Assembly: GCF_009914755.1 (NCBI RefSeq)
Contig: NC_060928.1
DNA from: the human T2T-CHM13v2.0 reference genome, Homo sapiens
DNA length: 64,000 nt
Strand: one strand, 5' to 3'
Shown here: piece by piece, positions 41,131-53,800 of the stretch
Layout of the letters: the number at the start of each line of letters is the position of its first letter
Position numbering within the stretch: position 1 is the first letter of the stretch
Translations under genes and position numbers: made by a program
The notes under the pieces: model-generated
What the model saw: only the letters and a program-made list of their open reading frames with translations
Database searches by the model: none
What the model was told of the DNA's origin: nothing

Positions 41131-42019
41131 TAAACAATTATTAACAAACGGTACTTTGTTTTTAGTTATAGAATATGATTTGTGATTCACATGACAACTG
41201 ATTTTAACTGGTGAGCCATGGTGACACATTTGAGGTCAACGGCTGTAAAGAGCTCCCATGCCTGTGCTCAGGAACAGAGGGTCTTGGCATTCTTCCTGTC
41301 GCAACTGGGGGCGAGAAAACAAAAATGACCTTTCTGGGAAAATACACTGAGATGCATGTGTTAGCTTTGTTGAGAATAACTGTTCAACAGGCTCAGGGCA
41401 TTTTACTCAAGTCTTTTCTGTCTTACTCACTGTTAAACATTGCCTCTCTGGTAGGCTATCTCTAATATGTATTGTTTGTCCATCTTCCTAGCAGTTGGCT
41501 GGGATTTGGCTTTGCTTTAAAAGTTAAATGTTTCCTCTTTGTATGCCATTAGCTTCATGTGTCATGTTTTCTAACCCTTAGGATTATCTGGACCAGTAAT
41601 CCCTTGCCCGTCCCTTGCCTGGTTCCTGTGCCTTTGGATTCCGTTTTGTCTAGGATGCAGATAAACTTAAAGCATTATATTATAAAGAAGTGACATTAGT
41701 GTCTAGCTATATGGCTGAGGGGTTCCTTTATCTCAGAACAGGAAAGTGAGAAGTTACCACTGAGATTCAGCTATACTTATCATTATCACAAACAATAATA
41801 ATAATTATGTAACTCAAAGTGTCATTGTTCCTGATACAGGGGTTTGGCCCCTTGTCTGGTTGAAGACAAATTCCTGGTCTCCTGTGGGTTCTTCCTAAAA
41901 TCCCCTAGACTTTACTATTATTTTTAAACTTAGAAATAGACCCCTAATGTTTTATGCTCTCCATGACCCTTTCCTGATCATCTGTAAACTTGAGTACAAC
42001 TCCTTTGGAACACATGTTC

Positions 42020-42240
42020 TTTCATGTGGTGGAAAGAATGCTTTGGAGTCCGACAGACTTAGCTTTGTACCCAGGCTGCTCCACTTACTGGCTGTGTGAA
42101 CTTAAGCATGTTACTCTCTGAGCCTCCATTAACTCTGAGGCTAAAGATGATATTGTTATCTGGAGCCTAGAATTATGGTTAGATTATATGAAGTGTAAGG
42201 CACTTACCACTTTTCTGGGTACAAGAAACTTTCAAAAGAT
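42020..42240 (+). mobile_element. MIR SINE
   Basis: ctttggagtccgacagac...ccacttactggctgtgtgaacttaagc...ctctgagcctc. Confidence 0.75.
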
Positions 42241-42769
42241 ACTAGTTTCTTCCTTTCTTCCTTTCTCTTCCATCCCTGCCATTACTTTCACAGCTTACCG
42301 CGTCCTTCCTAAATTAGTTGATCAAAGATCCAGAAGTGCATCAATTGTGCGTTCACAACATCACCACCATGTACATATCTGCTTGAACGTTTATTTCCTA
42401 GAGGAATATCTGAATGATAATCTTAGAATATCTTCATTGAATCCCATGCAGGAAACATAAGCAAACTGCAGCTGACTAATATGATAAGAAATATTACAGA
42501 CAGTTAGATCATGTGGCTAATGAGGACACACTGTGGGTGGTGCAGGGAGGAGGAGGAGAGGTCAAGTGAGTGCAAACCCATCCCTAAGGAGGGTAGTGTG
42601 AAGTATAATCAGTAACTCCCTTTTTAGCTTTTCTTAGGAACTTCATAACTACACTTTCATTTTCCCCAAATACTCCTCTTACTCCCTATGACAGAAACAA
42701 ACAGAAAAGTTTTAGGTAAGTAATCAGTTTTATTTGTTGACTGAGTGAAATAAATGAATGCAATAATGA

Positions 42770-43000
42770 GCAGTACCATGTATAAAGAGTATGAATTTTG
42801 GTACAAGACAGCACAGGCCAAAATCCATGATCCACAACTTACTAGCCATGTGATGTTGGAAATTTAATTCAGTTATACTCTGTAAGGCTCAGTTTCCTAT
42901 CTGTCAAATGGAGATCATATCTGTCTCTCATGATTATGCTAAGAAGATGATGTTTATATGGTCTTTAGTGCATTGCTTAATAATGTTTATTATTAATATT
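42770..43000 (+). mobile_element. MIR SINE
   Basis: cttactagccatgtgatgttgg...gctcagtttcctatctgtcaaatggag. Confidence 0.7.
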
Positions 43001-44023
43001 ACTATCACTCTATGACTCCTGTTACCGCTACCTTACTTAAATGTCTCATCCAGACGTTTCATGTCTTATGGTCCAACACACTCCTATTCTTGTATATAAA
43101 GGGCTCAGAGGCCCCAGGCTTTAATTCCAGAAAGGACACTAGGCCGCTTTTTCAGAGATACATGCTCCCTCCCTCTGCTGCTTCCAAGAGTCGTGATTTG
43201 CTGCCCCTTTCCACTAAGAGAGTTGTTGGAATTGCAGCCTCTCTCCTTCTCAAGCTTCAGTGGTTCTGGGATCACCTAAGTCTTCTCCTCTGGAAAACTG
43301 GAAAAACATTCTCCTCTTTCCTATTCAACATTCATACTCCTGACAGTGGATTTTTACTGCACTGAAATAATTTATATGCCCTTCAATCTATAGATGGAAA
43401 TAATAAACACTGGCAGGTCTGTTCAGTTATCCAACATCAAATTCCCCTGGGCTGTGAAAATCAGATGTCTACGTGCTTTATTTTTGTGTAAATAGATTGT
43501 AGTTTGTTCCTGAAACTTGTTTTTAATGGCTGAGCCTCATCTTCCATCACATTTATATAGGGTATAAGTTTAATAGCAACTGCGGTATTATACACAAGTA
43601 TTTTTAAAAACCAGAAGACATTTTCTCAAAATATATGCCTCCCTTGATGAAATCTTCTGTTGCATTTTCCAAAAAAATAAAAAAAAAAAGGGGGCCTTTG
43701 GAATAAAATCTGTCTAATTATTTGTAGTATAAGCCTTTTTTCTCTTTTTATTTTTTCCCTTATTTGGAATGCTTTTGTTGTTGTGTACAATGCTTATGCA
43801 ACCAGTTTATTGCATCAGCAGGATTTCAATAGGCACAAACGTAAAGTAACTTTGTTCCTTCTCCCTAAATGCTCCTTTTGACTTAATGTGCCAAATTGTT
43901 CTTTTCTATCCATGGATGAGGATTCCACAGCTTTGTCAGCTACTTTCTGGAATTAATGAGTAGCATCAGTTTCCAGCATAGAAAGAGCAGCCTAATAGAA
44001 AATGATCCATATGTGATCAGATT

Positions 44024-44204
<181 letters not shown>

Positions 44205-44677
44205 TAAATCTCTCTTTCCCTACCTCAGTCCTGCTTCTGGAAAATCTGCAGTAAGAAGTAGGTTTTGTTTATGCACTCTTTCTTCATCTGTTTCTTCCAC
44301 TTCCCCTGTGTTTACTATGCAACCTCTGATTAATGGTTGGGTGTGAGAGTGGAGATTGATTAATGGGGAAGTGATACGGGGCACAAAACTTCTTACCTGA
44401 CTGGCGCAGTTATTATCTCCTACTGGAGCCCTCTGACATGGCAGATTCCAAATGCTGATATTTCTCTTATAATGCAATCCTTGCCTCTAGACTTCTCGAC
44501 CATGCATCGGGTAGCAGACCCTGCATTTCTCTAATCCAGAGCTCACCAGGCCATCCTCCATTCATTGCTTTCACTTAGCTTGGGGATTTGGTGACAAAGA
44601 CTCATTCCTTTTTTCCCCAGCTTTATTGAGGTCTGATTGACAACGTGGTATAAATTTGTGGTGTACAATGTGAGGAT

Positions 44678-44730
44678 TAGATAGATAGATTGATGATTAG
44701 GTAGATAGATAGACAGACAGATAGATGATA
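44678..44730 (+). repeat. (GATA)n/(GACA)n microsatellite within an L1M fragment
   Basis: tagatagatagat...gacagacagatagat. Confidence 0.85.
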
Positions 44731-44800
44731 GTGACATGATTACCACAATCAAGATACTTAACACTTCTATCACCTCAGTTACTGTTTGTTTTTTAATGCT

Positions 44801-45335
44801 GAGACAAAGACTCTCTCTTTTATACAGATTATAGCCAGGCTTCTCTGAGCCCTCTTCTTAACTAGACTTCAACCTTGGCCTATTAAGACTTAAACAACAC
44901 TCATGTAGTTTCTAGAAACTCAAAGTCGCATCTGCAAAATAACCTTTGCCCCCCTTAAAGTGCCTGTCTGAGAAAACTCAAGGCTGCCGAAGAAATGTAT
45001 TATTCGTTCCAGGCAACACCTGAGAAAAGGGCCTCTGTCTCTGAGTCTCTTGGGGAGAACAGGGTCCTATCTTTGATAATTGTCAGTTAGTGGACACAGC
45101 TGGTCTAATGACATTTACACTAACTAACCCTCTGTAATTTTTCACTTCCATGACTCTGCTAAGCCTCTAGTTCCCTCTCCTTACTCCCTCACCCTCCCTT
45201 TAAAACACTTGCTCATCTCTGTACAAATTGGAGTTCAGTTCACTTTGGACCGTTTTTTCTATTGACATAGTTATTACTGATGAAAATCTGTCCTTACCAT
45301 TTTAACTAGGGTCTAGCTTTGTTTATCTTTGACCT
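44801..45335 (+). mobile_element. ERV1-type LTR (MER31/MER67-like)
   Basis: gacaaagactctct...ctctgagccctcttc...gaaaactcaaggctgcc...tttatctttgac. Confidence 0.65.
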
Positions 45336-45364
45336 TGGGCCCGGGGGTAGGAAAGGAAGTCTCC

Positions 45365-45453
45365 AAGATGGTCTCTATCTCTTGACCTCGTGATTCGCCC
45401 GTCTCGGCCTCCCAAAGTGCTGGGATTACAGGCTTGAGCCGCCGCCCCCGGCC
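45365..45453 (-). mobile_element. Alu 5' fragment (~90 nt), head-to-head with the next Alu
   Basis: Reverse complement of Alu positions ~1-90. Confidence 0.9.
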
Positions 45454-45479
45454 GAGATAATTTTTTAAAAGTTTCATGG

Positions 45480-45787
<308 letters not shown>

Positions 45788-46063
45788 TCATTAGCAAGTT
45801 CCACATAGATGCTGGAACTTCTTTTTAGATTATATGGGTTCTTAACAATCCTTTATTCTATGCAATGGACCCTCAACTGAGAGTAAGACAACAAAATATG
45901 TTGTATATTTATCACAAAGCTGTACACCATGAATAGCATAAGAGCTTATAACCAGTTTCTGATGGGTAGCACATTAACCATAATTTGTTTTAAATCTTGA
46001 TATTATAAAAGGAATATTAAGCAAACTGTGGAGGTCTGAAAGTATTGTTTTTTGATATACCTC

Positions 46064-46152
46064 ATAGTATAGCTCATATTCAACTGATATCACATGATAC
46101 TATCACATAATGTGATAGTAATGGTATATCAGTTGAATATGAGCTATACTAT
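46064..46152. repeat. 89-nt inverted repeat (hairpin)
   Basis: Perfect 27-bp arms (46064-46090 / 46126-46152) and perfect 11-bp inner arms (46098-46108 / 46110-46120). Confidence 0.97.
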
Positions 46153-47339
46153 TTTCTCTTTAAAGTTTGAGGATCTTCCTTTTCTATTAATTTTGCCATA
46201 CTTATGTGGGTATCCTATTTTTTTTATGATGGGATGAAAATTATTAAGCCAAGGCTTCTGTGCTAGCTGTTATTATCAATGATATCAAAACACTCATTTT
46301 TGAACAGCATAAACATATTTCAAAAGCAATCTGTAATAACTCTTAAAATAGATATGATCATTAAAATGGTAAATGTCTACTGTAGCAAACTGAAAAATAT
46401 AAACATATATGAACAGATTGAAAACACCAATAATTGGTGAAAAATCATGGGTAACTTATTTTAAATTTTGATGTATATTTTCTAGTTTCTACATCCACAG
46501 TGCATATTTTTTTCTACTAATGAGATAATATTGTGTATTTGCAGTTTATCCTACTTTAAAATTTAGTATATATCAGAATTAATCAATAGTCTTTGAGAAC
46601 ATGGCAAATATGTTTTAATGGCTGAATAAAAGTCTATCATATAGTTACAACATCACATATTTTATTTTGTCTCTACTATTGCGTATTTACATATTGCCCA
46701 TTTTATTATAATAAGTATATCAATAAATTTCTTTATATATAAATCAATGTATAAAGCTCCTTTTATTAGAATGTAAATCTGCACTGACTGAATCAAAGAT
46801 CAAAGTTTGAACATTTTGCTCTTCTTGAAAGAAATTTACAGTTTATTCCCTAGATTCTGTTAGTAATGTATGAGTGCCACTATTATCAGACGCTACTAGA
46901 TTGAATATTGCTTTCTAAATCTCAATGCTTTTACATGTAAAGATGGTATTTTATTATTTGCACTTTTGTTTCTCTGATAATCATGCCTTTTAAGTGGCTT
47001 TCCATTTTCATGAATGTCTAAGCCAATTGAAATATTCAATCTGAATATGCCTTACTCAAAATCAGATATTTAATGAGAATCTTTTCTAGTACTGAAAAAA
47101 TAATGTCTTTTTCACCATGATGGTGGACTGGTAACTCTGTGTCTGAAAATCTGGGCCAAAACCATGTCAATATGAGTTATGTTCTAGAACTTTGTGGCCT
47201 TGACTTTTCATTTATTTTGTGTGTAGAAGGAAACCAAACTACTTTCTAAATGCAATTCTGACCCTATTGTCAGCCCAGCCTACATCAGTTCTATGTAAAG
47301 TCAACACTTGCTTTTCTTGTGAGTGTCATCCTAATGGCC

Positions 47340-47846
47340 CTTTTCACCCTAGTGACACAACACTCCTGCCTCCTTATAGCAGCAGCTGAATCCAGTTTGC
47401 AGCTTCCCCAACACTTGCTAGACTAGCTCCATCACATCTCATCTGACAGATTTTGGCACCAGGCAGCAGGCAGCCTGTCAGCAAAAGTTGAGGTGTCATA
47501 ATAAAAAAAAAAAAAAGTTGGGGAGTCAGGCCCAAGGAGCCCTTCTCCAAGCTCCCATGCACCACCATCAGTTGAGCTGCAAGCACTTCTAACTCAGAAG
47601 TCCGAACTTAACCTTCATGAGGTTGCTCCAAGTTTCTAGGTTTTAATAACATCAGCCTCTTCTTTGTTTCCCTAGCCCTAATTAGCTATTTCCTGTAATT
47701 GCTACTCATCATGGTCCCTTTCAATTCCCCTTTTATCCTTTTGTGACCTTGTTAATAAATATATATGTAGTTTAAAATTCTGTATATTATTTTCTCTTTA
47801 AATAACTTATGAGATTTCTCTCTCTTGACTGAACCCTGAGTGATAC
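47340..47846 (+). mobile_element. Old ERVL-class LTR fragment
   Basis: Ends in tctcttgactgaaccctgagtgataca with an upstream aataaa. Confidence 0.45.
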
Positions 47847-47935
47847 ACCTAGATAAAGGCAATAACCAAAATTATGGACATATTTTCTTTATTGAAAAGT
47901 ATAATGCCTATTATGGGAAGGGCCAGACTTTTATT

Positions 47936-48600
47936 TTTTATTTTTTATTTATTTTTATTTTTTTATTGATCATTCTTGGGTGTTTCTCGCAGAGGGGGAT
48001 TTGGCAGGGTCATAGGACAATAGTGGAGGGAAGGTCAGCAGATAAACAAGTGAACAAAGGTCTCTGGTTTTCCTAGGCAGAGGACGCTGGGGCCTTCCGC
48101 AGTGTTTGTGTCCCTGGGTACTTGAGATTAGGGAGTGGTGATGACTCTTAACGAGCATGCTGCTTTCAAGCATCTGTTTAACAAAGCACATCTTGCACCG
48201 CCCTTAATCCATTTAACCCTGAGTGGACACAGCTCATGTTTCAGAGAGCACCAGGTTGGGGGTAAGGTCATAGATCAACAGCATCCCAAGGCAGAAGAAT
48301 TTTTCTTAGTACAGAACAAAATGGAGTCTCCTATGTCTACTTCTTTCTACACAGACACAGCAACAATCTGATTTCTCTATCTTTTCCCCACATTTCCCCC
48401 TTTTCTATTCGACAAAACAGCCATCGTCATCATGGCCCGTTCTCAATGAGCTGTTGGGTACAACTCCCAGACGGGGTGGCGGCCGGGCAGAGGGGCTCCT
48501 CACTTCCCAGAAGGGGCGGCCGGGCAGAGGCGCCCCCACCTTCTGGACGGGGCGGCTGGCCGGGCGAGGGCCGCCCCCAACCTCCCTCCCTGACGGGGCG
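47936..48600 (-). mobile_element. 5'-truncated SVA (poly-A, SINE-R and part of the VNTR)
   Basis: T-rich tail, ttgatcattcttgggtgtttctcgcagagg SINE-R, GC-rich VNTR ggccgggcagaggcgcccc; 12-bp TSD cagacttttatt (47924-47935 / 48601-48612). Confidence 0.96.
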
Positions 48601-51600
48601 CAGACTTTTATTAATGTGCAGGAACTTTGAGTTATATTCAGATTGCATAGTTTGAGATATGTAAAGTATTATAGAACAACACCTTTTAAAGTTGAGTAGA
48701 TGAAAATGGCAAAACTAAAAATTAGGGTGTTTCATAGGATAGAATATTTTTCATCCACTTTGAGAGAAATTATTAAAATTAGAAGGTTTGTGGATGAATA
48801 AATGGATGAAAATATAATTTCTGGGGAGAAACCTAAGGCAAAAGAACCATTCTCAGTGCTCACTGGTTCAGATAAATTCTATGCTTTGGAATTCCAGAAA
48901 CCTAAGTGATTCTTATAGCTGGCAGTCATCAATTTAAGACACAATGACATTTCATTCGCTTATAAAACTGGCACCATTGGCTTTCTGGTACAGCTTTCCA
49001 GAAGCAGTGTTGAATTTTCCCAGATGCAGTCTTACTCTTTCATAGGACCCAATAGGCACTAAGAATTTGTTGAAGAACAAACAGAAGAGAGTTATTTCGA
49101 TCAGGACCAGGCTGAATGTGTAGTTTCAGCTACTTTAGCATTGTGACCTATCTGATTCAACTATTTTAACATTAACTCACAGAATTTTAGTACATTGAAG
49201 GACCAGATCAAATTTCTTGTATTGATTGATATTTGCCATCCCAGGAAGGCATGTTTAGTCCCAGAAGACTGACAGACAGGTTAAAATAATCTTTTAGGTT
49301 GACAGTTGACATAAGCCACTGCCCATTTAAAAAATAATAGAAAATAGAACATGGGGAAAGAAGTGTTCCTAAGGGTACTGTTGCCCAGAAACGATGTAGT
49401 AACCAATCAACAACAGAAGAATAGAACTCAAAAACGTATACAAACCTGTTGAGGGGGAAATGTGAAAAGCAATTCTTTAAGTAAGAACAGGCAGCTTTTC
49501 TAAAATGTTTGATAAGAGAAAATAATATATAAATGGTATAGAAACAGACTAAAAATGAACAAACACTTATTCAGACACATTTATATTTGTGATACATTCT
49601 CATTTCTGAAAACAAGATGATTTGTGCTGTGGATGGTCCTTTGGTGAATTTTGTTTTCTTTTGCTGCTGTTGTTGGCTTGGAGGTAGGGGTAGAGCAGGA
49701 CATACAGAATGTGAATTTGTAGCTGTGAGTAGCCATTTTGTTTTTGATTTTTGTGTTTACATGCATTTTGAGAGTGAATATATGGTGTAAACACTAAGAT
49801 GACTATTCGTTCTTATACTTGAAATAAATTAGGTAATTTTCCACTTTTTTATTTCTAAGAACATAACTATAGTTAGAACTATTACTTCACAAATCCAGAG
49901 ATGGAGAAACATGGAGATGAAATGATGTAAAAATAGTAAAAATATTCATATAGGAGTACATGTGGTTCACAAAAGCTTACATTTTGAGTGGAGTTTTATA
50001 AAACTAATATTTTACCTATTAAAACTTTTTCAGTGCTCTCTAACCTATGATATTTGCGAGTCAAAAATCAGCATGCATGATACAAATATTATTTCTGTAA
50101 CAATTGTATGACAGTTATTTGGCAGAGTGAATTACTGATTATCTTACTTTAAACTGCTACCGGATTCAAAACCATAGCTATTACCTGCTCCTTAGTACAG
50201 CACAAACAGAAGGGGCAATATTGCTATTTAAGATTAGATTGAGTCTAGAACCTTTTATGACTGGATGGTTATTCATTGTGCAAAAGCCAGATCGATGAAA
50301 GGTGCAAATTTTAGAGTCAAAAGTGAAGGAGTAAGAAAGACTCAAGCTTTCCTTCTACATTGCATGTTCTAGTTGCTAAACTGTCGGCAGAGCTGGTTTT
50401 CAGTTGGAAATTATCAAGAAACTCTACCCAAGTTTTGGAAATCCTTAGGATCATGGTATCCTCAAGTTAGAGAGTAGAGTTACATGGATCAAGAAATGTA
50501 TAAATACAAGAATATAAATTTTACACTTGATTACTACTTGTTTACCTGAAGCAAGTAAGCAAATGCATTATACATACTAACTGAAAACTTATGTGATTTT
50601 AAAAGGTCTTCTTGAGTGAAATTATTAACCATTTGATCATATCTAATGCATAAATACACAGAGTGAGTTATCCTTCTTCCTATTTCTTTTTTTTGCTTAT
50701 CAATAGTAAAACAATATAGAATGCTTAAAAATTAGGAAAAAATCGTAAGCAATCAATCCTAAAAAAGTAACCTATTATTTTGTTTAGTCCCTTTAGGTTG
50801 TTTATATATATATAATGTAATTGTAATATTAATGAAAATAGCATTTTTCATTGCAATATTTTATAAATTATTATTGGATAAACATGTATATATCATACTA
50901 AAGACAATATAGCATATGCTATAACTATATACTATATGTTACATAAATTACATAAAAATAGTGTATGTACTATGTATTCTATAATAATTACATACTCTAA
51001 TTTAACTATCTCTTGTTAGAAAGCAAAGCTTCTGATCTTTTTTTCTATTAGAAAAATTGTTTTGCTTATAGACCTTTTGGGCTTACACTTTTTGATTTTT
51101 ACCTAAGACGGCAATGATAAAAGGACTGTATGGGAATGAAGCTGTAGCTTGGAACTCATTAGTGCAGTAATCTGATTAACCAATGTAAATTAGCCGGAGT
51201 TGCTAATGTATTCTTCAGCTGAGCTGATGCTTTCTTTAATATGTCCTTCCAAGAATTGTGGGAAAAAGAGCAGGAGGCACTTCAGGGCGATTCTACTTCC
51301 TGACTCCAATTTCTGACTCCCAATAGTTTCTCTTTTGCCCGAAACATTTTACCTGTGGGGAGAATCCCAGGTAAATATGGAAATATCACTGTGGAAAATG
51401 GAAACATGGCAACGGTAGACTCTGAAATTGATGAATATTTTGGGGCAGGATACTAGTGGGCTCAGTTATGAGCTCAGTGTGAATGGGAAAGGAAAATGTA
51501 AATAAACAAAATTAAGAAATTCTAGCCGAGGTAGAGAGTCCAAGTTAAAAAAAAAAAAAAAAAGACATTCTATGAGTTTTTTCTTCCCCCTCAGAGACTC

Positions 51601-53029
51601 TCAGATTTTATGACCAAAATGGTGTTAAAGGAAGAAAAAGAAGAAGAACATTATTGGTTGCATTGTAGCATATCCAGCTGCCATTGAAGTATTGAGCATG
51701 TGGAAGGAAATGTATTTTGTCTAAATCTAAGAAAAATTAATTTTGATTCAATAGGGACTATTTAAAATAAATATTTGGCTACTTCATAGTGACCTGGGAC
51801 TAACAAAATCTGTTTTTGCTAGTTCATCATAGCTCAACTTGAATCAAACTACCAAAATGTTATTTTAATGGATTTTATTGGTCAGTTTTTAACTCTTAAG
51901 TATAAACATATAAATTCACTTAACCTCAATCTAGTCTTATTTATAGTATACATATGGCTAACATAGAGTTTTAAAAAAGCATCTTCTAGTCACTGAATAC
52001 ATTTTTAAGATAATTTAAACTTGTTGACTAGATTTTTCCAAGAAGGGTTTCCATGGATTTTTGAAAATAAATATGCCTTCAAAAATAGGACATTATTAAG
52101 ATATTCTTCCTGATCCTCTCTTGACAATTTCCAAAACAAAAATTGAAACTTAGTTTGACCTCTTGTACCATACTGTTTGCCATGTATTCAAAAACTAAAT
52201 TGTATTAACATCACAAAGAAAACATTCAGTGAAAGAGCTGCCATGGAAAACTGATTTTGAATGGGACATTCCAGAGTTTAGCATTATCTTCAGCATCGAA
52301 ATCATACAAAACTTGAGCTCTCATAGGGTGTTTGGTACTCAAATTGGCAGTTTTTATATATTTTTTGTTTTGTTTACAATTTTATGTTGATTAAAATAGT
52401 ATTACTTAATTCAATACAAAATAATACCAATTTGTTACTTCGGTGGGGTTATGACTAGAATATTTTTCTAGTGAGAGAATCTAGACAACAATCCTTTTTT
52501 ATTCAATTTATACTGCAGAAAAGGTACTCTAAACTGACACGATGGAGTCCTGCAAATTTTAATTTGATTCATAAAGAAGAAGCCCTTTACTGATAATAAT
52601 ATTTACTTTTTTGAGTTGGCTTTAATTCCCCCACCCACCCCCACCCTGCAATTGCAGGAAGCAGACTTCATTACATCACACGAAACCTCCTTGTCCATGC
52701 CCTGGCACTCAGGATGCCTCTAAGGGTGGGATAGCTGTCCTCCCTGCAGCTCTTCCTAATGGGAAGTCATAAAACCAGGTTGGAGCAATTCACTGAGGCA
52801 GGATGATAGTTTTTTTGCATTTGTTTTCTTCACTCTTTAGTGATGGGATAAAATTATAAGCAAGAATGTGTGTTTTTTTTAAAGGGTTGTAGAAAGACAC
52901 TGATAAAAATTCTTCTAAATTTCTTGTATCTTCCCAGATATAATCAGGTGACTTTCTCATGTTTTAGATGTTATCATAGGCAATCATTTAACCTGTAGTT
53001 ATGGAATTAGATAACGGTAGCTGTTACAA

Positions 53030-53240
53030 GTAGCTAACACTTATGTGACACTTCCTGTATTATGTAAAACAGTATTGACTTATACATCATGCACATCTAG
53101 ATAGGGAGCATTATTGCTCCGTTTGATAGATGTGGCAACTTATATTCCAGCTCAAAGAAATTTAATTAACTTTCTCAAGCTCACACACAGGATAAGTAGC
53201 ACGGTTGAGATGCAAACCCAGGTAGTCAGGCTCTGACAGA
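53030..53240 (-). mobile_element. MIR SINE
   Basis: taactttctcaagctcacacacag...gatgcaaacccaggtagtc. Confidence 0.6.
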
Positions 53241-53574
53241 ACATGCCATGATGATCATTGAACTTTGGTAGTTTGTCTTTCTTTCATAAGCAGAGATTTA
53301 AAAAATAACCTGGATTTTTCTATCTTATGTTTTCTATCATTTAAAATTAAGACTTTACTTATAAGGGCTGGGTTAATCTCTTAAACAGAAATCATAATAT
53401 TTCTGAGGATGACTAAAAGCTGTACACTTTTCAAGAGATTATTATGCATGAGATGACTTAGAATCTACGGCTGAGAAGAGATAGGGAAGTGGTAAATGTG
53501 GTATCTGATCTGGCCCAACCCTACTCTAAATGGGACATTTCCCTTCACCCCCACCCCTTCTTAGTAGAATGATA

Positions 53575-53800
53575 AATATTTATCAGTACTTGCTAAGTGC
53601 CGGGCATTGTGCTAAGCATTTTGATAATAACATATCTAAGCATTTTGATAATAATGTATCTAAGCATTTTGATAATAATGTATCATGTAATTAATATCCT
53701 TCCCATTTGATAGATGAGACAACAGAGGCTTAGAGGGTTATGCAGTTTGCCAACTCTGCCATAGTCAATAAGTGGCAAAGGAAGTATGAACCCTGATGAA
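53575..53800 (-). mobile_element. MIR SINE with an internal 24-bp x3 tandem repeat (53612-53683)
   Basis: gtgccgggcattgtgctaagc...cccatttgatagatgagacaacagaggcttagag; unit ctaagcattttgataataa(ca/tg)tat. Confidence 0.75.

Noticed and set aside
51180-51375. Exon-like segment with splice signals on both strands
   Set aside because: The frames I translated contain stops and I found no phase-compatible neighbouring exons
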